A DNA stretch of 63,381 bases, filler included, from Craspedostauros australis (Eukaryota), in assembly GCA_030167865.1 (NCBI GenBank). It is 24 parts of 24 records of this genome, joined end to end, with 100 filler letters (N's around TTAATTAATTAA, not from the genome) between each part and the next. Parts side by side here need not be neighbours in the genome. Positions count along the whole stretch, not along the records: positions 23,148 to 25,362 come from JALAGF010000996.1; positions 25,463 to 36,979 come from JALAGF010000997.1; 22 more parts are not named here. One strand, 5' to 3'. Of this stretch, positions 24,070 through 35,011 are shown one piece after another. The position numbers were made by a program, and so were the translations under genes. Position 1 is the stretch's first letter. Every line of letters starts with the position of its first letter. The notes below the pieces were generated by a model. It made no database searches, had not been told where the DNA came from, and was given only the letters and a program-made list of their open reading frames with translations.

Positions 24070-24858
24070 CCAACTAATGCATCGCAACCCAAAGCTACAC
24101 AATGCTACGCACTCGCTCTCGTCATCCTGGGATCTGCCACAATAGTGTAGAAATGAAGTGCATGATTGCGGTTTCCTTCATGATTCGGAGAGAATCAACT
24201 GGATAGGTGGTTCTGAACAGTTTAGGTTTCATGGGGCTTTTGCAACGCTCTGACTCTTCTCGTACTCCTATGGCGTGCGTTGAATCAGACATGCAATTCG
24301 TGCAATACAAATGGGATGGATCAGCCCAAATGCGCGTCACTCGCCGACGAAGGCCGCACGATGACGGCTTGCCTCACCTTACCTCTTGGAACTATGAATC
24401 AGCCAAGGGACATCGACGGCACCACTCGATCACTTGCTACACGTGCTGGAGATGGTTGATACCACACTCGACGAACCAATTGCTCTGAGCGAAACATCGT
24501 ATCGGCACAGCCTGGATGCAGCTGCAAAATTGTTGCCAGCATTGCGTCGCAACGATCCCATCGATGGCGCCGTGATTAATTTGAGGATGGGAGACTTGTT
24601 GTTATGATTGCTTTACACTGACGCGTTGTCGCGGCATGCTGGAGACGGCCGCCAACAACATGGTGGTCTGTCACGCAGATGATGATGATGATGATGGCTG
24701 GTCGGTCAGGCGGTAAGTCTGTTGGCACCCCCCTGCTTGGTAGTTGGTGAGTCTTGGTGGACGTGCCAGGCGAGCAGATAACGTCGAACAATCATCTCAG
24801 TCGGCTCAGCTCCAAACCAACACCAACATCGACGTCATCAACGCCATCAACGTCACCA

Positions 24859-25362
24859 TCATGCCGACGAGGACAAGCACATCTGCCGCGGACTTGACAT
24901 TTGGCACAGACGGAACATCTTCTTGAAGATATTGCCCGTGCCAGCCACATGCGAGAAGCTGCGGTGCTGCCGGAACAGCTCCAGCGTGGAATTTGTGATG
25001 GAAATGAACTCCTGCGGGCTGACGAAGGGTCCATGACGGATGTTGGGACGATCAAAGCAGCAGCTGCTCGACATGAGATCCGGCACGTCATGCACCACGC
25101 GCTTGCCACCCAAGTCTGCGTCGTTGTACCTCTTCTTGTGCGCCTCCAAAGTCGCCTGCGACACATCCGACGCAATCGAAATGGGTTGGCCTCGATGCGG
25201 AATGATGACGGACGAAGAGAATCGACCAGTAGGTGCTGGCTGCAGCGCATGCCGCAGCAAGTAGTGCACGTCGCGCATGTGCGGCAGCTCGTCGGCCTCG
25301 GTGTAGTAGACGAAATCAAACTCATCCTGGCTGTACACATTCTGCCGCAGCAGCTCCTTCGC
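24859..25362 (-). CDS. 3' part of hypothetical protein (glycosyltransferase-like YYTEAD motif)
   Basis: ORF 24859-25338 open to the contig edge; DFVYYTEADE..IPHR. Confidence 0.5.
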   Translation of the reverse strand, partial: AKELLRQNVYSQDEFDFVYYTEADELPHMRDVHYLLRHALQPAPTGRFSSSVIIPHRGQPISIASDVSQATLEAHKKRYNDADLGGKRVVHDVPDLMSSSCCFDRPNIRHGPFVSPQEFISITNSTLELFRQHRSFSHVAGTGNIFKKMFRLCQMSSPRQMCLSSSA

Positions 25363-25462
25363 NNNNNNNNNNNNNNNNNNNNNNNNNNNNNNNNNNNNNN
25401 NNNNNNTTAATTAATTAANNNNNNNNNNNNNNNNNNNNNNNNNNNNNNNNNNNNNNNNNNNN

Positions 25463-26982
25463 ACCTCACTCACTCGGCAAACCGATAGCACTAGTTGTAG
25501 AGTTTTTGCCGTGTTCCTTGTCAGATTGACTCGTGTTTGGATGATCTCGGGGGTATCGGTAATTATACCAACACCGCAGTTTCACAAGCCAGCTCGTGTT
25601 TAGTGACGTCACTGGTTGTTTGTTTCACGGAAAATTACAGTGGACTCACCAGACTCAGGATTCTTGNTGAAGGTTTGGAGGCATTCGTTGGAATTCTGTT
25701 GTGATTTCCCACACCCCAACAGCAAGAAAAGACCGTCACCAAGAAAAGAAACACAACATGACAATGGGGAAACAAAACAACACTCTGTGAGAACTGCCAA
25801 AAGTCATGGACGGCACTGCATCAACCACCAGTCCAATGCCAGATCCAAGCACATCAACGGAACCGCCATAGAAATATTGGTGGATGGGCAAGAGGGAGCT
25901 ATCAGAGCGGTTCATTTGAATCAGCGATAGTGAAACGAGCGAAACGTGCAAAAATGCGTCAAAAATGCATGTTGGGTACGGGCTGTGTGTGGACGATACA
26001 AGCCATTTAAACAACCATGGATGGGCAAGATGCATCAAGGGGATCAATATTAAGGGTCCTACAAATTTGAGGCTGAAAGAACGCCTGGAGGGTGTCGATG
26101 GAGGGGAACAAGTGGAGTGCAAGAGTTTTTGGGGTGGTGACAAAGCCCATCACGTGGCTTTGCTGGTGTGGTGGCACATGTGAACATCCGCCACATCGCC
26201 AACCCGCCCATACAAGATGTGTTCATTATCAAGTCAAGAATGGGGTTGGAGAAGTGGGGATCAATTACATTGAGTGGAAGAGGTTGGAACCAACCAAATG
26301 CTGCAGTCGCATTTTTTCGATACGAAGAAAAACTGACGATGGCATCAGCGTCGGGATGGATTCAAAACTGGAGATCCATCTTGAGGCGTTGTGGAATGCA
26401 TCAACGTGTACTCAGTTCATCGGGTATCAAGGGAGGCTGTGTGGGGGGAACAGAGATGGTTGTGAGCAGGAGATATGATCAGATGAAGCAGCTGCCTTCG
26501 GACCGTCCTTCATTTTCAAAAATGTTGGATTTCAGAAATGGGCTGCCAATGTGCATTGAACGGAGATCTGACGGTGCATGATTGGCAGTGATGGATACAT
26601 ATGGGGTATATGGAGACAATGAGACGCGCAGGTGGTCGAAACGAGACGGATATGGGCATCATCTTGGATGGCAAAGTGATGGCACCATGGTCCCATCCAG
26701 AATTTTGCGCCGCACACAATCCCACGTTGACAACAAAAATGATGTTAAATTTGAAGTCAATTTAAATTTAAGTTCAATATTCTTATTCGCAGCCAACGAT
26801 TTGTTCACATGGTACACTTATTTTTAATTATGAATGATGTGGTGTTGCGATATAGCATCATAAGCGTTTATTGGGATGGATTGCAATTTTGCTCTAGACT
26901 GGGCTACGCAACACGACTAATCCCACGCTGGAGGGCAAAAAGCTCTACAACTAGTGCTATCGCTTTGCCGAGTGAGTGAGGT
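25463..26982. mobile_element. Non-autonomous/decayed DNA element bounded by ~48-bp inverted repeats
   Basis: 25463-25510 is the reverse complement of 26934-26982 with about 2 differences. Confidence 0.7.
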
Positions 26983-27131
26983 GGAAGGTAGCTCGTATCG
27001 CAGAGCTGGCGAAGTGGAATGCTGATTCGTGGTTTGATCGAGGTTTTGCGTTTTGGGGACTGATGTAAGGAAGAGAAGTGGTCAAGCGGGTCGGCCACAA
27101 ACCGGTAGGGAAGCAGAACAGCAACCGAGCG

Positions 27132-27350
27132 TGTCAAAGATTGAAGGCACGCGCAGGCCACGCGCAGACCAAAGCAGCAGCAAAGCAGCGAAACAGCAGC
27201 GAAACAGCAGCGAAACGGGTCACTTCTGGACATAATTGACTGGTTGATACAGCCGACCCATACGACTCCAGGGCACCATCCGCAGGAAGAAGACGGGAAC
27301 ACAGCGGGAATGCAAGTCGTACGCACGACTCCCCAACAAGAGACCTGACA
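27132..27350 (+). repeat. Putative short LTR (TGTCA...TGACA)
   Basis: Inverted termini; followed by CAACGTTTATAACG, similar to the motif after the other 5' LTRs; single copy in window. Confidence 0.5.
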
Positions 27351-27556
27351 CAACGTTTATAACGGCCACACATGGGACGATCGCTTAAGTAATGACAATT
27401 CAAACCATGTGCGACAACGGCCATCTGATGGCAATGCGGAGCTCACAAAATGGACGACTGCGGCGACAAAACCGAAACACAAGCAAAAATTCGGGAACAC
27501 GGAATGCACTATCTTGAGTAGCATTACAAACCCGCCAGGAGAGATGCAATCGGATA

Positions 27557-30133
27557 GTGAAGCAAGATCAAGACCCGCTCCGAGCAAATGAGAAACAAAG
27601 GAGGCCAAACGCGAAGGATCGAGGAGTCCAAAACAGAAAGAGAGAAGAAGAGAGAGTAAACAACAAAGCAGAGAAGCGACGGAACAACGACGGTCGAAGC
27701 GCCCACAATTTGGAAAAGACAACAGAATTGTCACACCTTCGCTTCGAAAGACGCTTCCTCCAACGCTTGCTCAGGGGTAACCTAGCAACCTTTAACACTC
27801 TTCCACACCATCTTCACCGCCTTCTCGCCAACATCATGTCTCTCAACCTCTCTCACCTCCTCGCCTCCGAGCCTTCTGACCGTGTCGAAGCCGCAACCGG
27901 CCCACGCCCTGACGATCTGATCGAGGGCCTCACCGCCGTCTCCTCCATGGCTAGCCGTTCCTCCGCATCAGGAGGCCTCGTCACGGACTCCTTCCCCATT
28001 GCCATGAGCCTTGGAACCACCATCGGCCATGTGCATGCCAAAGAAGACACCTGCCTCGTCCGGCTCAGTGCCAAGTCCGAGGATGGTCACGTCCTTCTTT
28101 GCGGCGATCCAACCAGCGCCTGCGCCCGTCGCAACCATGGGCACCTCCGTTCCAACCCCACTCGCCGCGGTCTCCCGGGGGTGTACCAGTGCATTGACAC
28201 CACCACCAACAGTGGTATCGCCCGCCGCGATCTCGTGGAGGCCAGCTTCCAAAGCCCTGCCGCATACGAGGCCACGCGTGCCGCCACTCTTCGTGACATG
28301 GCACATGTCGCCACACGCGACACCCCACCGGCCTCCGAGCGCAACGACTCGGACACCCAGACTGTTGGAGTGGTCGGATTCGACCTGGACCGCAAGCCCG
28401 CGGCCAAACGCGGCATCGACGACACGCCGACGCCATCGCTTCCCCGTAAGGAGCATCGCGACGCTCCTCTTCCAACTCTCCGCGTTCCCCCGGCCTACCA
28501 CTCCAATCCCACACCGCTGGCCTTCAAGCAAGAGCGCCCTCAGGGGATCTCCGCCCCAGCAACCCGCATGACCGCCGCCGCCGCCATCCCGGATCCTATC
28601 CATTCGGCGGCAGACGAACTCATGCATGTGGTACGTCACCAAGCCGCGCTCAATCGCGAAAAGATGGAGACCCATCAACGCAAGCTGGATCAGACCAATC
28701 AAACTCTGATCCAGGCTCTCACCACTCAACAGGAGCAGATCAACCATCTCCTCCGTCTTGAGAGCGAGCGTCGGGAACAACCAGCCGCCGATCCGGCCCC
28801 TCCCACGGCTGCATGGTACGTAGTCACCCAAGGCAACCGACCAGGAGTCTACACCTCCCAAGCGGAGGCCTACGGGCACGCTGGAGCTCACCCCGATGCT
28901 AGCGTCCATCGCTTCGACACTCACGCCGAGGCCGAGAACCACCTGCGTGCCTCCATCACCACGGCTCGCCATCGCAACCGCACCTCGTCGCCCCTGGACC
29001 CTCATGCGCCCACGGACCTCCATCGCGCTCCGCCCCACGCCGGCCGCGGATTCTCCGGAGCAACGGCAACGCCAGCCACGGTGCCCACGGCCACGACACC
29101 CCCGGACAGCAACAATATGGGGGTGGAAGGATTTCTTGGTGAGGACACATCGCGCGGAGACAAAAAGAGCATCTTCGGAGAGAGCATCGACAATGAGAGA
29201 AAGATGATCCAGCACTTGGCTCCTCCGCATGCCAGTACTGAGGTCCAAACAGAGCTGGCCAAGGCAGCCATCGACGTCACCAGTCTACCAGGTAAGGTCA
29301 CCGACGAGAGAACGTCCATTGAAGAACTTGCCTCAGCCTTCGGCGACATCCGTAACCAGACCGCTCGCTCCGCCGGACTCATCGCCACCGACACCAATTG
29401 GAGAACCAAGACCCGACACGCCCTCGCACGCGTCAAGAATGAAGACGACCTCAGCGAACTCGCGGCTGACTTCAACAGCATCCGCGACGACGTCATGACC
29501 CAGTACCTCAACAACGTGGGTCACATCCTCCGCCACGCCTACTATACCGACGAACAAGTGGCTATCTACCAACAAGGTGGAGGATGGGTCGCTGTGGTTA
29601 AGCTCTTTCTTACCTACTACCACGAGCTCCTCCTCAAACTACAACAGGAGGCATTCAAGACCCAGGACGGTTGGAACGAATCGGCCAGCATCTACACGGA
29701 GTACTACTCCAAGGCCCTCTTCGACGCCCGTAACTTCGCGAGCTCCCGAAATCTGATGCTCTTCCGCACATATGTCATCGTGCGTGAAGGCGCCCGTATC
29801 GGATGGTGCAATGTCAAGATCTTGGAGAAATTCCAACACCGCATTTCGCTCCAGGGCACTACCCCCTCCACTCAACGCGAGGAGAGCGACGGCGCCAACG
29901 CAGACTCGCACAAGAAACGGTGCAAGCACTGCAATGGAACCAGTAAGGTGCACGAGATCCGGGACGGCGGGTGTCCGTTCGGATATCTTTTTAAGAAGAA
30001 GGTGGCGGTGGGCAAGGCCAAACAGGTCATGAAGAGTGTTGGCCAGGGCGAAAAAGCCCACAACGTGATCACGCGTATTCTGCAGGAAGCCATTTCGAAA
30101 CGCGGAGGAGGAGATGATGACGATGCTGCCTAA
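27557..30133 (+). CDS. Gag-like ORF1 (likely ATG 27836) with RNase H1 N-terminal/viroplasmin-like domain, coiled coil and Cys/His motifs
   Basis: WYVVTQGNRPGVYTSQAEA..HRFDTHAEAENHL at 28814-28945; C-terminal CKHC-x6-H-x6-C; position upstream of pol. Confidence 0.8.
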   Translation: MKQDQDPLRANEKQRRPNAKDRGVQNRKREEERVNNKAEKRRNNDGRSAHNLEKTTELSHLRFERRFLQRLLRGNLATFNTLPHHLHRLLANIMSLNLSHLLASEPSDRVEAATGPRPDDLIEGLTAVSSMASRSSASGGLVTDSFPIAMSLGTTIGHVHAKEDTCLVRLSAKSEDGHVLLCGDPTSACARRNHGHLRSNPTRRGLPGVYQCIDTTTNSGIARRDLVEASFQSPAAYEATRAATLRDMAHVATRDTPPASERNDSDTQTVGVVGFDLDRKPAAKRGIDDTPTPSLPRKEHRDAPLPTLRVPPAYHSNPTPLAFKQERPQGISAPATRMTAAAAIPDPIHSAADELMHVVRHQAALNREKMETHQRKLDQTNQTLIQALTTQQEQINHLLRLESERREQPAADPAPPTAAWYVVTQGNRPGVYTSQAEAYGHAGAHPDASVHRFDTHAEAENHLRASITTARHRNRTSSPLDPHAPTDLHRAPPHAGRGFSGATATPATVPTATTPPDSNNMGVEGFLGEDTSRGDKKSIFGESIDNERKMIQHLAPPHASTEVQTELAKAAIDVTSLPGKVTDERTSIEELASAFGDIRNQTARSAGLIATDTNWRTKTRHALARVKNEDDLSELAADFNSIRDDVMTQYLNNVGHILRHAYYTDEQVAIYQQGGGWVAVVKLFLTYYHELLLKLQQEAFKTQDGWNESASIYTEYYSKALFDARNFASSRNLMLFRTYVIVREGARIGWCNVKILEKFQHRISLQGTTPSTQREESDGANADSHKKRCKHCNGTSKVHEIRDGGCPFGYLFKKKVAVGKAKQVMKSVGQGEKAHNVITRILQEAISKRGGGDDDDAA

Positions 30134-30177
30134 CCCTGCGTTCGGCCCGTTTTATCTCTCTCTTTGCTGTCCACAAC

Positions 30178-33100
30178 TTGCGCTCGATCTCACTACCAAC
30201 AACAGACACACTCGACTACGCCACCTCACCTGCTCCACCCGACACCGGCTCGGTCGTCCCTACGGATGCTCAACTAAGCTCTAACTTAGAAGACATTCTT
30301 GCATTATCCAGCCAACGGTTGCCAGAGCCGCTCTCCTCTACCCTGCGATATGGCACACTGAACTTTGGCCTGCATATGACGTCGTCGGCCTGGCCGGCTT
30401 TCCAGCACGTCTTCTGCACCCATGACGAAGGCCTCCCGGCTGCTTTGCGATCTTATCCTGTGACCACTCATTACCTCGGGTCCACGGCGAGACTGTCACA
30501 CCGAGTGTTGCACAAACACTCAGTTGATGTCTTGGTCGTGTTTGGGATCAAGCAAATGGAATGGCGAGATTGGATCGGGCGCTGCCCATCTATATCCTGG
30601 CCACCCCTCGTCCTTGAAATATGGACGGGACCAGCTATGCCTTGGATCCAGGGAGCTGCCTCCAAGGGTGAATGCAAACGGTGGACAGACCTGGGCTACA
30701 CTACTCAAATCAAGACGATTCCCAACCTACGCGTGGGCGGAGTGGTACGAGTGTCCTATACGATGGTGGTACGATCGGCGACAACGTGGACGGCCTCTGG
30801 CATCGAATGGCCAGACCTCCAACCAGCATCGGAACAAAGCATGGCAAATTGCCTTCGCCACTGCGGGATTCCACGACAGTGCTATACAACGCAGAGTAAC
30901 ACCCAGATGGTCCATGACTGTGCAACATCTGCCATGCCGCTGGACCGGCTGGCCCTGATTCAAACGGATCGAGGCGTGCGCCGCCTCTTTCCAGACGAAG
31001 TGGGGAAAGCCCTGGGTAGCTCGCTCCCCGGAGAGGTGCTGCGGCGGGTGAAATGGCGGGTGCTTTTCCACACACCGTCCCAACACCTGCTGGAGTATCT
31101 CTCCACCCCGCTGGTGGCATTAGCCAACCACATCCACCGGTGGTCTGAGCACGGCAACCCAACCTCATCCAGACGACGACGACGACGAACACGACGAACA
31201 CGACAACCGGAGTCAACATCGCGACCTCCTACGACGACAGAACACGACGACTATACCTTCCATTGGGCGCCTCCCAACCTATCTCCAGGCGAAGCATGGT
31301 ATCAACGACGCGTCGCCAACCTACGACAAGCATGCAACGCTTATGGTGACCGGGCGGGATCTCTCTTCCAAGACGGCCTGCAAGACCTGCGCATACACCG
31401 CACCAACTACACGGCCACACACCCAGATCCCAAGTACTTGCGTGTCCTCTGGTGGGAGTTCCCGGCCCAACACTGGGATCATCTACGCGAAGGCAGCCCC
31501 ATGAACTTCCTGCGGGAACCAACGCCGGGGAACCACCCCAATACCGACATGACACCGGAACAACAACGAGTCGCAGCGGACTTCGTCGACGAGCTACTCA
31601 GCCTCGGTGTAGTAGAGCCGCAAGATCCTTCGCACCCGGTGGTGGTGAATGCACCTCTCTTCGCTCTGCCGAAGCCGATGCAACCTGACCAATGGCGTAT
31701 CATCGCCAACATGCGCGAAAATCACGCGAATGAGCACATCGGATCGGACCCGACGATCTTTCCGAAAAGCCGCGATATTCTGAAACAGATGTATCGCGGA
31801 GGATGGTCGGCTGTGGTTGATGCGTCGAAATATGTTTACCAATTTCGAACACGACCATCGGAACGACGGTACCTCGGCATCCAGCACCCAACCTCCGGAC
31901 GAATGTATCAATACGCTGGACTACCCATGGGGTCAAGTCAGTCCCCCGCCATCGCGTGCAAGTTCGGCACGGCTTTTCTTCGTTTACTACGCCAGCGGTC
32001 ACGTCACTTCCAGGGATCCCACACACCCAACATGTGGTGGTCTTCCTTCCGCTCGGAGAAAGCATACGACCACACCTTAGGTCAGGGTATCATCGCTATA
32101 GGATCCGATGGTCTACCAGCAGCCCTTGTATGGGCACACTGCGATGACTTTATCATCCACGGGCCAACCCACCAGAAGACAACAGCCGCACTCACTGCCT
32201 TCCTGGATCTCTCGGTCGACTGCGGGTTGCTCTGCCATCCGGGGAAGCTCACCCCACCAAGTCAAATTGTTAAATACACCGGCTTGATCTTCGACACCAC
32301 GACGACCCCACAGCTACGGATCCCAGCCCTCAAGAGAGACAAGATCATGGCCGTCATGGACTATGTCGAAGACCATTCCACGCGAGTCTCCAGACTCGCC
32401 CTCGCTGTTCTCGCAGGCATGCTCGAGAGTGTCGCCGAAGCCACGCTGTCGTATCTGGGACGCAACTACCTCCGTGCCCTCTACCATCTCGTCCACCCCA
32501 CCGCATGGAATCAGCCGGAGCTGCCCTACTTCAGTTACACGGCCATCGATCCCCCAGTGCAGCACGACCTGGGCTGGTGGCGGGCAGCACTCCTCAACGA
32601 CACCGCACGGAGCGGACGGGCCACACGCACAGGCGTCCTGGTCAGCAGCTTCGGAGACGGCAGCGGCACCGGAACCGGCGGCACCATCCTCTTCCAACAA
32701 CAAGCATCCCGTATGTGGATGGGAACATGGTCATTGCTCGTTGCTACCCGCCATTCTTCCAACTGGAAGGAGTTGCGGACTCTCCTCAGCACCCTTGAAC
32801 AGGTGGCACGGTCACCGGACTCTGCCGCAGAGGTCACCGGAGCAACATTCTTCTATTTCACCGACAACATGTGCACCTACTGCGTGGTGGACGGCGGCAC
32901 GTCTACCTCTCCCGAACTACACAAGCTGGTACGACGGATCAAGCAGCTCGAACTGCAACTGACCTGCCACCTACAGGTCATCCACATCCCAGGGACTGCA
33001 ATCATTACAGAAGGGACCGATGGTCTCAGCCGCGGGATCTGGGTCAATGCCGCACATCAGCGGCCGACATCGGAGCGGATCCTCACCGCTTGCCTCGCAC

Positions 33101-33564
33101 CAACGCCGCTCCGTCAGCGGCACGTGGCATCCATCGCCCGACTGGCCTTCCCACATTGCTCGACTGATCTCCAACTGCGGGCATGGGACAAGCCCTGGGA
33201 CCCAGAGCGATGCATGGACTGTATCACACTCTGGGCTCCCCCTCCGGAGTTGGCATACCAGCTCATCTACTTCCTGCTGGGCTGCTGGGCCGAGCAGCCG
33301 CTCCATACAGGATTCGTCATCCTCGTCCCTCGCGTGCTACAACGCACCTTCACTCGTCTGTCTCGTCATCTCGTCAGGGTTGGCGTGTTCACCAATCAGG
33401 ATTTGCTTATTCCTTCCTCCTCTCCTCTCAACATCCCTAACCTCATCCTTCGTGTCTCTCCTCATACGCGCTCTCTCACTCCTCCCAGATTGGACACTAC
33501 TCTCTATTCCTGGATTTGGCGTCACCACCAACGGATCGCCGAACAATTGCACGGGCTGCACTAG
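30178..33564 (+). CDS. pol: DIRS-type Pol: C5-MTase-like N-terminus, reverse transcriptase, RNase H, N6-adenine MTase-like C-terminus
   Basis: PLFALPK..WRII, VVDASKYVYQF, LPMGSSQSP, HCDD, KYTGLIFDT; RNase H FGDGSG..SNWKEL..FTDN..HIPG..DGLSRG; W..LWAPPP..FVILVP. Confidence 0.92.
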   Translation: MRSISLPTTDTLDYATSPAPPDTGSVVPTDAQLSSNLEDILALSSQRLPEPLSSTLRYGTLNFGLHMTSSAWPAFQHVFCTHDEGLPAALRSYPVTTHYLGSTARLSHRVLHKHSVDVLVVFGIKQMEWRDWIGRCPSISWPPLVLEIWTGPAMPWIQGAASKGECKRWTDLGYTTQIKTIPNLRVGGVVRVSYTMVVRSATTWTASGIEWPDLQPASEQSMANCLRHCGIPRQCYTTQSNTQMVHDCATSAMPLDRLALIQTDRGVRRLFPDEVGKALGSSLPGEVLRRVKWRVLFHTPSQHLLEYLSTPLVALANHIHRWSEHGNPTSSRRRRRRTRRTRQPESTSRPPTTTEHDDYTFHWAPPNLSPGEAWYQRRVANLRQACNAYGDRAGSLFQDGLQDLRIHRTNYTATHPDPKYLRVLWWEFPAQHWDHLREGSPMNFLREPTPGNHPNTDMTPEQQRVAADFVDELLSLGVVEPQDPSHPVVVNAPLFALPKPMQPDQWRIIANMRENHANEHIGSDPTIFPKSRDILKQMYRGGWSAVVDASKYVYQFRTRPSERRYLGIQHPTSGRMYQYAGLPMGSSQSPAIACKFGTAFLRLLRQRSRHFQGSHTPNMWWSSFRSEKAYDHTLGQGIIAIGSDGLPAALVWAHCDDFIIHGPTHQKTTAALTAFLDLSVDCGLLCHPGKLTPPSQIVKYTGLIFDTTTTPQLRIPALKRDKIMAVMDYVEDHSTRVSRLALAVLAGMLESVAEATLSYLGRNYLRALYHLVHPTAWNQPELPYFSYTAIDPPVQHDLGWWRAALLNDTARSGRATRTGVLVSSFGDGSGTGTGGTILFQQQASRMWMGTWSLLVATRHSSNWKELRTLLSTLEQVARSPDSAAEVTGATFFYFTDNMCTYCVVDGGTSTSPELHKLVRRIKQLELQLTCHLQVIHIPGTAIITEGTDGLSRGIWVNAAHQRPTSERILTACLAPTPLRQRHVASIARLAFPHCSTDLQLRAWDKPWDPERCMDCITLWAPPPELAYQLIYFLLGCWAEQPLHTGFVILVPRVLQRTFTRLSRHLVRVGVFTNQDLLIPSSSPLNIPNLILRVSPHTRSLTPPRLDTTLYSWIWRHHQRIAEQLHGLH

Positions 33565-35011
33565 GCCCATCAACCGGCGCACGACCGCCCATCAGTGCTA
33601 CTTCGCTGATACTGGCTTCACGCATGGCGGTCAACACTACCGGCCATGCCACACACGCTACCATAAGCTGTGCTGCCGAGTGGGCCCACCATTCCACACC
33701 AGGCTGCGCAATAGCAAGGGTCTGACTCTACCGCCCAACCTCGGGATCCTCGGGACCTTCGTGTGCGAGGCGTGCACCGTGCGTGTGCACGCCGGCCGAG
33801 AGTTGACTCCCGCTCCCATCGACGTCTACCTCCTTCGGCTCGAGCGGATGCGCATCATCGATCTGGCGCACAACTGGGCCACAGGCACCCTGGCCACCTA
33901 CGGCAGCAAGATCCGCGTACTGCGCCAATTCGGGGCCGACTACGGGGTCCCCACGCTGCAACCGCCGATTCTCAACAGCCCTCCCTACTCGGACTCTATA
34001 CCACTCATGTGGGCGCAGGAACACTACGCCACGCAAACCCCTGCCCGGCGCAACCGTCAAGACGACGGCGCCATCAAGTTCAGTACCGTGCGGGGTCTCC
34101 GGAGTGCTGCCTCGGCTTTTTGGACATGGAACCTGTGCCACACCCAACCGGATGCAGCCATGATGGACGCCAAGCAACGACCCGTCGTCGTAAATGCGTG
34201 TAGTCCCACCGACCACCTCAGCTACACCATGCTCACACAGGGCATGCGCGCACGCATGGGGGAGGATTCTCGGCCGTCCGCAGCGCTACTCGCGCGCCAT
34301 GTACGGTTCATGGACCACAGCTTCCAGCAGCAGTACCAACATGCTGCAACGACACACCAGCAACGCACCGCCGCCATGGCCGCCATCATCAACTTGGTGG
34401 GTTGGCTCAGGTGGCTCCAAGCTTCCGAGGCGTTCGGCATCACTTGGGAGGACGTCACCCTGCTCCATCCGCGCGACGCACGCAACAACGATCTTCCTGA
34501 CAATACGGGTGCGGTTCTGTTGCGCCTCGCGCTCCAAACCAAGTCAGACCGCAGCCGTCAGGCAGACGTCGTCGTGGCTTTCCGCACGGCCTCTGGTCTG
34601 AGCCTCGGTGATTGGTTGCTGCGAGCACATCGCCTCCGCGGCACGCGCAACCCTGCCGACTTCGTTGCCCAACATCCGTCCGGGCGACCCTGGACATCGC
34701 AGTTCTACCGCACCACGTTCGTGTATCCGTCTCTGCTCGAGTAGCAGGACCGTGGTGATCCCTTCCTGCGGTCTGCTATCGGGGCCCAACACATGCCGAT
34801 CCCGACAAGGTTCAACTCGTTTCACATGTATCGCCGCGGGGCAAGGACACACGTATCCCGACGACGTCCGGGCAGCGTGCGGGCGGCAACCAAGCTGGAG
34901 GTCTCCGAACATGGACGGTGGCGGCGCCAACACGCCAACGAGGACATGCCCACCGCGTATCTTCAGTGGCCGCTTGCCGACCGACTGGCGATCACCGCAC
35001 TCTGCATGTGA
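33020..35011 (+). pseudogene. Tyrosine recombinase with N-terminal PHD-like finger; in-frame TAG at 34742-34744
   Basis: TLATYGS, STVRGLRSA, WLQASE (R->Q), QTKSD; after the stop, in the same frame, FHMYRRG, HGRW, PTAY (ORF 34793-35011). Confidence 0.9.
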
